A stretch of 64,000 nt of DNA. Source: Planctomycetota bacterium (lineage in GTDB: Bacteria > Planctomycetota > UBA1135 > UBA2386). The notes below the pieces were generated by a model. The model was given only the letters and a program-made list of their open reading frames with translations. It did no database searches and had not been told where the DNA came from. Below are positions 44,667 through 53,262 of the stretch, one piece after another (position 1 is the first letter of the stretch; each line of letters opens with the position of its first letter). The position numbers and the translations under genes are program-made. The stretch lies in assembly GCA_965223545.1 (NCBI GenBank), contig OZ245006.1, positions 6,176,001 to 6,240,000 of the forward strand, written 5' to 3'.

Positions 44667-47464
44667 AACTACAGCTCGCGACCATCGTCTTGGCCGGATG
44701 TGGCCTCGGTTGTGATGGCGACCGCGGTCCACCGGGCGTGTCCGGTCCGAGCGGAAGCCCGCGTCCGCAGGGGCTGGTCGTGCGCATCGATCGGCTGGGC
44801 GGCGCGACCGGAGGCGACGGCTCGTTCCGCGTCGGCGATCGCGTGGTCGTCGAGTTCACCGTCACCGATGGCAATGGCCAGCCACTGTCGATGGCGGACT
44901 TGGCGCACGGCGCGGCGATGCTCTCGGGCCCGACCTTCAACTACCAGCGCGTGCTGGGGCGCAGCGGCGACGTTCGCGCGACGGCGACGGCACTGGGGGC
45001 GGGCGCGTTCCGCTATCGCTTTGCGGCTGGAATTCCCGCCACCTACCTGCCGCCCCTCAACGACAGTGCGCGGTTCACCATCGGGGAGTTGCGCGGCCAG
45101 CCGCTGTTGGCCGGCACCTACACCGTGGGACTCGTGCTGGCGCGCGACGAGGACGACGGAGGGCAAGTCGTCCGCACGGCGATCAACGCGACCGCGGACC
45201 TGCGCTTCGGCGGCGCCGCGGCGATCGAGCCGCGCGACGTGGCCTCCGCTGCCAGCTGCCGCCAATGCCACGGCAGCCTGCGCGCGCACGGCGAGAGCCA
45301 CGCTTCGCTGACGAGCTGTCTGTTGTGCCACACGGCCGGTGCCGAGGACCACGCCGACCCGGCCATCGCCGGCGGCACCCCCGACGTCACCATCGACCTC
45401 GACGTACTGATCCACAAGATCCACGCCGGGCGGCATCTGCCGTCAGTGGCGGGCGTCGGCACCGCGGCCGACGGCAGTCGCACCTACGGGCCGGGGCGGC
45501 CCTATCGCGTGGTCGGTGCGGGCGGCGTCGTGCACGACTATTCGGCGATCGGCAATCCCGTCTGGCCGGCCGCCGCAGCACCGATGCCGCGCGATGTCGG
45601 TTGGGCATCGCTGGGCGCCGCCGAGCGCGCGGCAGAGGACGCCGTCCGCAGCGGGCCGGTGGATTGCGCGGCGTGCCACGGCGACCCGGACGGCGCGGGG
45701 CCCGCGCCGGCGCCACGCCAGGCGGCGTTGATCTACGCCCAGCCTTCGCGCATGGCGTGTGGCTCCTGCCACGACGACTGGGCGTTCGACGCACCCTACA
45801 CCGCGAACCGGCAGACGATGCCACCGCAAACCGACGACGCGACGTGTATCCAGTGCCACAAGCCAGCCGGGGGACCGCTCGACGTCGCCGACGCGCACCG
45901 CCACCCGCTGTCGGACCCCGCGGTCGTGGCCGGCGTTCGCTTGGAGTTGACCGCGGCGCGGCCGGCGGGAGCACACAATGGCGACGCGAGCCTCGACCTC
46001 GGCGAGGGCATCGAGATCGAGTTCCACCTGCGCGACGCGAACGGGCGCGATCTGGATCCGGCCTTGCTGGACGACATGGACGTGGTGCTGACGGGTCCGT
46101 CCCACAACCCGAACCTGGTGCTGGCCTCGGAGATCCCGATCGCCGCCTTGACGTCGGGCTCCGCGCAACGCATCCAGGTGCCCGAACGGATCGCGCTCGA
46201 GCGCGTTGGACAGGCGACCGCGACGCCAGGGGAGACCTTCGTCACCGCTCGTAGCCCCCATTGGCACGTGGTGGGTGGCGAGACGAGGGTCTGGGCGACC
46301 CGCGCGCTCGGCCCGGCCTCCGCGTTGGCGGGGCCGGCGCCGGTGGGGCAGAACTACGTCGACCTCGTCGCCGGGGGCGGTGCGGCGTTCGGGCGGGACG
46401 ACTGGGTCGTCTTGGATGCCGGTACGGTTGCCGCCGAATACCGCATCGTGCAGTGGGTCGATGGCGACCGGCTTTGGTTCTCGTCGCCGGCGACCCCGCA
46501 GTACCCCGCGGCGCTCCAGGTGGCGCACGCGCCGTCGGCGCCGATCGCCGTCGCATCGGTCACCTTGTTGCAGGCCGGGGTCGACTACTCGTTGGATCCA
46601 AGCAGGGGAGCGATCACCGAGCTCCGTGAGTTCGGCGCCGGGAGCGACGTGTTGGCGTCGTACACCACGGACTTCGTCATGCCGCCGGCATACGGGCCGA
46701 CGTGGCATGACTCGCCGGCGTTCGGCGAGAGCGCCGGTGAGTGGTCGGGCAAGCCGATCGTCGCGGGCACGTACGGGTTGGCGTTGTCGGCTTCCCGCGG
46801 CGTCACCGTCGATGTGCTGGGCGAGGCCTCGCCGTACACCGACGCGGCGCCGGCTGCCGTGGTCGATCTGCCGGTCGGCGGGGTCGGTCCGCTGCTGCCC
46901 CGCGCCGTGCTGGAGTCGGTGCAGGTGTGCGGGCGCTGCCACGGCGAGGTGACCGGCCACGGCGGCGCGCGGCGGGGGGTGGCCGGCTGCATCACCTGCC
47001 ACGCGGCCGGCGGTGCCGAGGACCTCGCGCGCTACGTCGCCGCCAATGCTCCGGCCAATCAGGTCACCGTCGATTTCCGCGCGCTGATGCACCGCGTGCA
47101 CGCCGGCGCCGGCCTGCAGGGCAGCCCCGGCCCCGTGGTCGGCGCCGGAAGTGCTCCCTACCCCGACAACTTCACCCTGCGCAGCTTCGCCGGTGTCGTC
47201 TTCCCTTGGCATGCCGGCGTCGCCGACTGCCGCGTGTGCCACGGCGATGCGCCGGCCTGGCAGGTGCCGTTGGGCCGTGACCATCCCACCGCGCAGGGGA
47301 CGGCGGTGGGGGCTTGGCGCGTCGTCTGTGCCTCGTGCCACGATGGGCGGGCCGCCACCGGGCACATCGCCGCCAACACAGCGGTCACCACCGGAGTCGA
47401 GACCTGTGCCCAGTGCCACGGTCCCGGCCGCGTCCACGCCGTCGAGGCCGTGCACCGGCGGTAA
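44663..47464 (+). CDS. MtrC/OmcA-like decaheme c-type cytochrome lipoprotein (paralog 2, about 933 aa)
   Basis: ATGA overlap; lipobox LAGC/GLGC then DGDRGPPG; 10 CxxCH in 5+5 layout (CRQCH, CLLCH, CAACH, CGSCH, CIQCH / CGRCH, CITCH, CRVCH, CASCH, CAQCH). Confidence 0.9.
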   Translation: MKLQLATIVLAGCGLGCDGDRGPPGVSGPSGSPRPQGLVVRIDRLGGATGGDGSFRVGDRVVVEFTVTDGNGQPLSMADLAHGAAMLSGPTFNYQRVLGRSGDVRATATALGAGAFRYRFAAGIPATYLPPLNDSARFTIGELRGQPLLAGTYTVGLVLARDEDDGGQVVRTAINATADLRFGGAAAIEPRDVASAASCRQCHGSLRAHGESHASLTSCLLCHTAGAEDHADPAIAGGTPDVTIDLDVLIHKIHAGRHLPSVAGVGTAADGSRTYGPGRPYRVVGAGGVVHDYSAIGNPVWPAAAAPMPRDVGWASLGAAERAAEDAVRSGPVDCAACHGDPDGAGPAPAPRQAALIYAQPSRMACGSCHDDWAFDAPYTANRQTMPPQTDDATCIQCHKPAGGPLDVADAHRHPLSDPAVVAGVRLELTAARPAGAHNGDASLDLGEGIEIEFHLRDANGRDLDPALLDDMDVVLTGPSHNPNLVLASEIPIAALTSGSAQRIQVPERIALERVGQATATPGETFVTARSPHWHVVGGETRVWATRALGPASALAGPAPVGQNYVDLVAGGGAAFGRDDWVVLDAGTVAAEYRIVQWVDGDRLWFSSPATPQYPAALQVAHAPSAPIAVASVTLLQAGVDYSLDPSRGAITELREFGAGSDVLASYTTDFVMPPAYGPTWHDSPAFGESAGEWSGKPIVAGTYGLALSASRGVTVDVLGEASPYTDAAPAAVVDLPVGGVGPLLPRAVLESVQVCGRCHGEVTGHGGARRGVAGCITCHAAGGAEDLARYVAANAPANQVTVDFRALMHRVHAGAGLQGSPGPVVGAGSAPYPDNFTLRSFAGVVFPWHAGVADCRVCHGDAPAWQVPLGRDHPTAQGTAVGAWRVVCASCHDGRAATGHIAANTAVTTGVETCAQCHGPGRVHAVEAVHRR

Positions 47465-47466
47465 GC

Positions 47467-47547
47467 CTCCGGCGCCGCGATTCGTCGAGCTGCGACAGCA
47501 TTCTCGAGGCGACGTCGCTGCCATGGCAACGGCGCCGCGGCGCCGGA
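47467..47547 (+). repeat. 81-bp dispersed intergenic repeat, copy B, with 12-bp terminal inverted repeats
   Basis: tccggcgccgcg (47468-47479) / cgcggcgccgga (47536-47547); 85% identical to copy A; fills the gap between convergent stops. Confidence 0.85.
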
Positions 47548-49248
47548 TCAGTACCAGTAGTAGTGGAAGTCGTAGTCGAGCTCGACCTGCGCACCCGGCT
47601 GCAGCTCGACGTCCCAATCGATGCGCGCGATGCCGTTGACGTGGTGCCACCACCAGGGCCAGGGATACCCGCGCCACCAGCTGGCGGCGCCGGTCTCGCC
47701 GGGCGGGGTCTCGAACACGTGGCGTGCGCTGATCGCCCCATCGCCACTCGCGCGGTCGGCGTAGCCGAGGACGTGGCGCCGCACTTCGACGGTCACCGGC
47801 TCGCTCGAGTGGCTGGTCAGCACCAGCCGGCCGTGCACGTCGATGCGCAGGTAGTCGTGGTCGGCGAACCGCTTCTCGCGCGCCGTCCGCTTGGTCTCGC
47901 CCTCGTGCTTGGCGACCGCGATGTTGACTGCGGTGGTGATCGTCAGGTCGGAGCGGCCACCGATGGGGGTGTAGGTCATCATGCTCTGCGCCAGCACGCG
48001 GCCGTCGGCACCGAGCAGCAACGCCGGTGCAGTCGTCAGCGGCGCCGCGCTGGTGTTGTGCAGGCGGACCGCGTGCATTGCCTTGGGCGCGTGCTGCAGC
48101 GCGACCAGGTTGGAAAGGCGCCGCTGGTCCAGCTGTTGCCACACTTGGGGTGGTGGCGTGATCGGCACATCGAGGCGGTAGACGTCGCGATACGGGATCT
48201 CGAACGAGGTCAGCGGCACGACCATGCGCTCGCCCTCTCGCAGGGTCACCCCGTCGACGGTGAATACGAAGAGGTCTTCGGCGGCGCTGTCGGTGGCCAG
48301 CGATGTCGTGTCTTCGGCCGCCGCCGCACGCTGTACCGTCGAGGGCTGCTGGGTCATGATGGCGTTGCTGAACGCGTAGGCCGTCTGCGAGTCTTGGCGG
48401 AAGTGCGACGACAGCGCTGCCGCGGTCTCTTGCAGCGCCATGGGGTCCAGGGTGTCGGCGAAGCGAAACTGAGGCACGCCGATGACCAGGTTCGCGGTCG
48501 CGTCTTCGAGGTCGGCGAGCTCGTTGACCAAGGTCGCCTGCAGCGCGACGCGCGCTTTGCCGTCGTCACCCAGCTCGACGCGGTAGCTCGGAATCCACCG
48601 CAGGCCCTTCTGCACGTATGCCATGCCGACCTCTGCTTCGGCGGCGGGTGCGCCGTCCCAGTCTAGGCGCAGCTCGAGCCGGCCGCGCACCTCCTCCACG
48701 GCTTCGGTTGCCTCGTAGTCACCCCGGAAGGTGAGCTGCCGGATCTGGTCGATGCGCGCGACACGCACGCCGTCGGCGGTGCGGAGCAGCACGATCTCTC
48801 CCGGCTGCGAGGGCTCGGTGCGGGTCGCGGGGCCGCGGGGGATTGCCTCGATGCGTGCCGCGTAGCGCTCGCCGTTGTCGTTGACGATGACCTCGGCGCC
48901 GACGTTGGCCTCGATGAGGGCGCGCACGCCAACGGCGGGTCTTCGCGTTGGTTCGACCCGTTTGCCGGCGACCACCGCGGCCAAGCGCGCGCCGCCCGCC
49001 GCGAATGGCCACAGCGTGCCCATGAGTGGCTGTGGCAGCTCTTCGAGGACCGCGTGGCCGCGCGCGTCGACCGCGGCGCGGCCGCGGCGGACGACGAACG
49101 AGTGGCCGTCCTTGAAGACGGTGACCTCGGTGATCGGCAGCTTCGACGCCGGGGTCGGGGGCTGCGCGGGGAGGGCGTTGGCCAAAACGAGACCGAACGC
49201 GATGCGACGGAGTGAGCAGAAGAGTGCGAGGATCGAGTGGTTTTGCAT
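47548..49248 (-). CDS. DUF4139/DUF4140-like secreted protein
   Basis: Signal peptide; ITEVTVFKDG, GLRWIPSYRVEL, ATLVNE, LHNTS..PLTTAP, WDVELQPG. Confidence 0.7.
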   Translation of the reverse strand: MQNHSILALFCSLRRIAFGLVLANALPAQPPTPASKLPITEVTVFKDGHSFVVRRGRAAVDARGHAVLEELPQPLMGTLWPFAAGGARLAAVVAGKRVEPTRRPAVGVRALIEANVGAEVIVNDNGERYAARIEAIPRGPATRTEPSQPGEIVLLRTADGVRVARIDQIRQLTFRGDYEATEAVEEVRGRLELRLDWDGAPAAEAEVGMAYVQKGLRWIPSYRVELGDDGKARVALQATLVNELADLEDATANLVIGVPQFRFADTLDPMALQETAAALSSHFRQDSQTAYAFSNAIMTQQPSTVQRAAAAEDTTSLATDSAAEDLFVFTVDGVTLREGERMVVPLTSFEIPYRDVYRLDVPITPPPQVWQQLDQRRLSNLVALQHAPKAMHAVRLHNTSAAPLTTAPALLLGADGRVLAQSMMTYTPIGGRSDLTITTAVNIAVAKHEGETKRTAREKRFADHDYLRIDVHGRLVLTSHSSEPVTVEVRRHVLGYADRASGDGAISARHVFETPPGETGAASWWRGYPWPWWWHHVNGIARIDWDVELQPGAQVELDYDFHYYWY

Positions 49249-49458
49249 GATTGGCGTGTTGGATCGCCCCGCTAGACGGCTCGAGTGGCGGTCGGCTTCG
49301 TCACGCGCAGGTAACGAGCTGCCCCGCGCGCCTCGCCGCGCGGCGGCCGGGGGATTCCTCCCCGCCATGGCACCGCGCCTCGCACCTCACGCCAAAACCT
49401 GCCATGATTCGGGAGACGGAATCCCCTTCGTCTGTTTTCTACGAACCCAAGGACCGGC

Positions 49459-50607
49459 ATGAACAGATACGTCCTCCCGGCGGCGTTGGCACTCGCCATC
49501 GCGCCACCCCTGCTCGCGCAGGACGAGGCGGCTGCCAAGCTGAAAGCGATGCAGGCGTCGTTCGACGCGGCCGTCGCCGCCTACTCCAAGGCGGCGCGCG
49601 AGCTGGCGCAGACGGAAGCCTACAAGCAGGCAGTTGCCGAGCGCGATCGCGACAAGATCACCGAGTTGCGCGCATCCATCGATCCGATCGACTTCGACGG
49701 CTTCATCGAGAAGTTCCAGGCGGCCGCCACCGAGCACGCCGGCACCGACGATGCGGTCGGCTTTCTGGTGTGGATCACCAAGAACGGTGGTCGGAGCAAC
49801 CCGGAAGCCGCCGTCGCCGCGACCAAGACCCTGCTCGCCGATCACGGCGAGAACGAGCAGCTGATCCAGCTGGTCGAGAACCCGTACATGCTTGCTTCGG
49901 TGGCGCGCGACGACGCGGCCGCGCTGTTGACGCAGCTCGCCGACGCCACGCCGCACGACACCGTGCTCGCGCACGCGCTCTACGCGCGCGCCACGCTCGC
50001 CCAGCGCGACCGCAACGCGAGCGAAGAAGACCAGCAGCGCGCCGCGACCGACTTGGTCCGCGCCCGCGAGCTGGCCGAGGGCACGTTGCTGGCAGACCGC
50101 ATCGATGCGCCGGAGTTCGAGGCCAACAACCTGCAGATCGGCATGGAGGCGCCGGACATCGTCGGTCACGACATCGACGGCGTGCCGTTCAAGCTGTCCG
50201 ACTACCGCGGCAAGGTCGTGGTGCTCGACTTCTGGGGCGATTGGTGAGGCCCTTGCCGGGCCATGTACCCCCACGAGCGGTCGCTCGTGAAGCGTTTGAA
50301 GAACAAGCCGTTCGCGTTGATCGGCGTCAACAGTGACAAGGACAAGGCCGTGCTCAAGGAGCGCATCCGCGAGGAGAACATCACCTGGCGCAGCTTCTGG
50401 AACGGCCCACTCGGCACCAGCGGACCGATCTCCACCAAGTGGAACGTCCGTGGTTGGCCGACCATCTACATCATCGATGAGAAGGGTGTCATCCGCTACA
50501 AGAACAAGCGTGGCCGTGCCATGGACGAGGCGGTCAACGAGCTTCTGGTGGCGATGGACGTCGACCTTGGCGAGCACCTCTACAGCGAAGAGGACGCCGG
50601 CAACTGA
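49459..50607 (+). CDS. TlpA/ResA-like thiol-disulfide oxidoreductase, probable selenoprotein (UGA at 50245-50247, UxxC)
   Basis: ORFs 49459..50247 and 50263..50607 are in frame: [43 protein letters not shown]...IGVNSD...WNVRGWPTIYIID..G.IR; signal peptide and helical N-domain. Confidence 0.9.
50248..50289 (+). promoter_or_regulatory. Candidate bacterial SECIS element
   Basis: Hairpin CACGAGC-GGUC-GCUCGUG (50272-50289), loop starting 31 nt after the UGA; small hairpin GGCCC-UUGCC-GGGCC (50248-50262) directly after the UGA. Confidence 0.7.
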
Positions 50608-50677
50608 CGCCGGCTGCTCGACGGCGAGGCAGCGCGGGGTGCCGTTGAGGCGGTGATCCCGCGCGCCGCGCTCGCGT

Positions 50678-51454
50678 TCACCAGCGGGCGCCCACCGAGA
50701 CAAAGCCGCCGTCGAAGCGGAACTCGGTCTCGCCGACGACCGTTCCGTTGACGACGTCCGACTCGTCGTAAGTCGTCGAGCGGTGCAGATAGCCCACACC
50801 CAACAGCAGGCTGCCGAAGCGGTAGCGCACACCGATCTCCGCGCCGAGCAGCGTGGCATCGGTGGAACGGGACGCAATGGCGTCGCCGTCGACCTCGGCG
50901 GCCGTGATCCCGGCCTGCAGTCGGCCGTAGATCGATAGCAGCTGCTTGTCATCACCGAACACGTGGACCTCGGGTTCGATCTCGACTTGGCCGCCGAGGC
51001 CGAAGTAGTCGAGCGAAATACCGTCGATCTCCTGTGTGTGGGTTTGCGCCACCGGGCCGAGCCGGATCGGCATGCGGAACGCGTCTCCCCCGGTCCGCAC
51101 GCTCAGGTGTGGAAACAGCTCCACCGCCGCCGCGCTGGAGTCGGAGCCCGGTAGAGTGTCGGCGAACAGCTCGTCGTCGGTGGCGTAGGCGTCGACGCGG
51201 AGCCCACCGCCGAGGGACTCGCGCATCCCCTCGAACTCGACGCCGACCAGGCCCGCATTGGTCTCACCAGTGAGGCTGGCTCCAGCAATGGTCTCGACGT
51301 CGCTGTTGCCGGCGCCGAGCCGGGCGCTGGCGTGGAAGTGGGGTTCGTCGTGGGGCAAGCGCTGTGGGCCGCCGGCCCGGTAGGGGTGCGGCGCGCTGCA
51401 AGCGGGAGCGATCGACAAGAACATGCACAACAGGACGGAGTCGTGGCGCGGCAC
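50678..51454 (-). CDS. Outer-membrane beta-barrel protein
   Basis: Signal/lipobox-like APAC; alternating beta-strands (GAEIGVRYRF) ending GGFVSVGARW. Start uncertain (GTG 51454 or ATG 51424). Confidence 0.7.
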   Translation of the reverse strand: MPRHDSVLLCMFLSIAPACSAPHPYRAGGPQRLPHDEPHFHASARLGAGNSDVETIAGASLTGETNAGLVGVEFEGMRESLGGGLRVDAYATDDELFADTLPGSDSSAAAVELFPHLSVRTGGDAFRMPIRLGPVAQTHTQEIDGISLDYFGLGGQVEIEPEVHVFGDDKQLLSIYGRLQAGITAAEVDGDAIASRSTDATLLGAEIGVRYRFGSLLLGVGYLHRSTTYDESDVVNGTVVGETEFRFDGGFVSVGARW

Positions 51455-51486
51455 ACCGGGATGATAGCCGGTCTCGCTGTGCCGGC

Positions 51487-52392
51487 TCAGCGCTGCGTGC
51501 GCGGCGACGCCACTGCAGGGTCGGCGGCGTCGCTTGCCCACGCCCGCGCGCTGAGCGCGGCGAACAGTGGCTGCCACACCGTCCAGCGGTGTGCGCCGGG
51601 GGCGATCTCGACGCATTCCTCGGGCAGCACCGCGGCCACCAACTCGTTGGCGTGCCGCAGCCGGTCTTCGGTGCCGTAGCCCAGGTAGAGCGTCGGCCGG
51701 GGCTCCCCTGTGTCGGCAAACCCGCGGTACCACTCCCACAGTTGGTCGTACTTCGCTCGGCTGCCCTCGGGCATGGCGCGCCAATCGGGCGGGTTCCACG
51801 CCCGCAGTCCACCCGCCTTGCGAATCTCCTCGATCACGTCGGCGGACCCCATGAACGGGGCGAGGAGCACGAGACCAGTGATCGCACCCGGATGCTCGAG
51901 GGCGTAGGCCGCAGCACCGAGCCCGCCCATGGAGATGCCGACCAACCAGATTTCGTCGTAGCGTTCGCGCGCCGGCCCGATCACGTCGTGGTGCAGCCGA
52001 TCGACCACCGTGAACTCGCGGTAGTAGCCGTAGTGGGCGTCGGCGCACACCACGTCGGTCCGCGGCGCGATGGCGAGGATCCGGTCGACGAAGCCGTGCT
52101 CGAGATAGGCCTCCGGGCCGTCACCGAGTCCGGGCAACAGCACGACGAGACGGTTGGCAGGGGCCGTCGTTGCGGCGTGGTGCTCGACTGGCATCGGGAT
52201 TTTGGGCGCGCGCAGGAAGGCGCAGCCGGTGAGTCCGACGAACGCGGCGACCGCGGCCAGAGGGCGTCGTCCGGTTGGGTCCCGGTCGGGGGAGTCCGAA
52301 ACGCTGTAGCGACCCGACCGCTGTCTCGACTGATGGGTGTTCGCAACGGTTACGGAGATCCTTGGATCGATTCGAATCTTCCGGGGTGGCAA
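51487..52392 (-). CDS. Alpha/beta hydrolase, probable lipoprotein
   Basis: LVVLLPGLGD, GISMGG nucleophile elbow, GYGTEDR, GAHRW; lipobox LTGC. No good start codon near the signal peptide; TTG 52392 used provisionally. Confidence 0.8.
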   Translation of the reverse strand: MPPRKIRIDPRISVTVANTHQSRQRSGRYSVSDSPDRDPTGRRPLAAVAAFVGLTGCAFLRAPKIPMPVEHHAATTAPANRLVVLLPGLGDGPEAYLEHGFVDRILAIAPRTDVVCADAHYGYYREFTVVDRLHHDVIGPARERYDEIWLVGISMGGLGAAAYALEHPGAITGLVLLAPFMGSADVIEEIRKAGGLRAWNPPDWRAMPEGSRAKYDQLWEWYRGFADTGEPRPTLYLGYGTEDRLRHANELVAAVLPEECVEIAPGAHRWTVWQPLFAALSARAWASDAADPAVASPRTQR

Positions 52393-52517
52393 CCGTGAAG
52401 CCTTGGTGGACGCAACTTGGGTTACGGTCAGAGTTTGTGCCTCGAAGTATGGTGCCGGTGGGGCTGATCGGGCTCTGAAGGTTGATGGCTGCTTTTCCAA
52501 CAGTACTCTGGTGGATC

Positions 52518-52976
52518 ATGCGGATCGGACTTCTACCGGGTCAAGTCGAGGCGCTTCGCAGCCGTGTTCAAGAGATTCGCTCCGAGGAACGTCGCCGCGG
52601 ATCGCGGCGGGCACTCTTGGCAGCACTGGTTGCTGGCTCGAGCGGTATCGCATGTGGTCGTTACTTCGGCGTGTCGGGACCGTTGGAGACAGCTCGGGCA
52701 TCAAGCCGCCAGCGGGATGCCCTTTCCGAAGTCGCAACCGGGCCGATCGAACGCCTGATTGCGCAGTCTGGTCGATTCCTCGTCGATGTTTATCAGGCGG
52801 ATGAGGTCGCCGACGACACCTGGGTTGGAGTCTTCAGACTGGCGACCCTCTGCCTCGACCGCGACCAACGCATCAAGGCTGGAACCGAGCGTCTGCTTGG
52901 ACTCGTGGCTCGGCGAGAGAAGGCCCCTCGTCACGTTTCGCGTATCGTTCAGCTCGCGGTACGTCGATCCCGATGA
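52518..52976 (+). CDS. Hypothetical protein with one hydrophobic segment
   Basis: ORF coupled to the next gene by ATGA overlap; SRRALLAALVAG segment. Confidence 0.55.
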   Translation: MRIGLLPGQVEALRSRVQEIRSEERRRGSRRALLAALVAGSSGIACGRYFGVSGPLETARASSRQRDALSEVATGPIERLIAQSGRFLVDVYQADEVADDTWVGVFRLATLCLDRDQRIKAGTERLLGLVARREKAPRHVSRIVQLAVRRSR

Positions 52977-53251
52977 CACCCTTGAGGGTGATCATGGGTG
53001 CATCCGGGACAATCGAAGTCGACCCGAACCCAGTTCTCGAGGGCGAGGACGTGTCTATTCACTACGAGGGCACCGGTCCCCTTGCGGTCTCAGTGGACGG
53101 TGGTCCGTGGCAAGAGTTGCCGCTCGACAAGGATGGCGATGGCACCTTGACCGCTCCGGTGGGCTCGGGAGTCATTGTGATCGCGGATCAAAGTGATCCC
53201 GAAAACGAAGCCATCGTGCAGGTAGAAAGCCTGCAAGAAGAAAGCTCGTGA
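52973..53251 (+). CDS. Small acidic beta-rich hypothetical protein
   Basis: 92 aa; IEVDPNPVLEGEDVSIHY Ig-like pattern; overlaps both neighbours. Confidence 0.6.
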   Translation: MTPLRVIMGASGTIEVDPNPVLEGEDVSIHYEGTGPLAVSVDGGPWQELPLDKDGDGTLTAPVGSGVIVIADQSDPENEAIVQVESLQEESS

Positions 53252-53262
53252 AGGAAGCCGCC

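Noticed and set aside
8847..47464. Functional coupling of the Pel matrix and cytochrome conduit as a conductive-biofilm island
   Set aside because: They are separated by about 13 kb of unrelated genes with no shared regulatory motif visible; proximity alone is not evidence.
50263..50607. Separate 114-aa thioredoxin-fragment gene or a nonsense pseudogene
   Set aside because: In frame with the upstream ORF; the UGA falls at the catalytic position and has a SECIS-like hairpin, so read-through as Sec is the better explanation.
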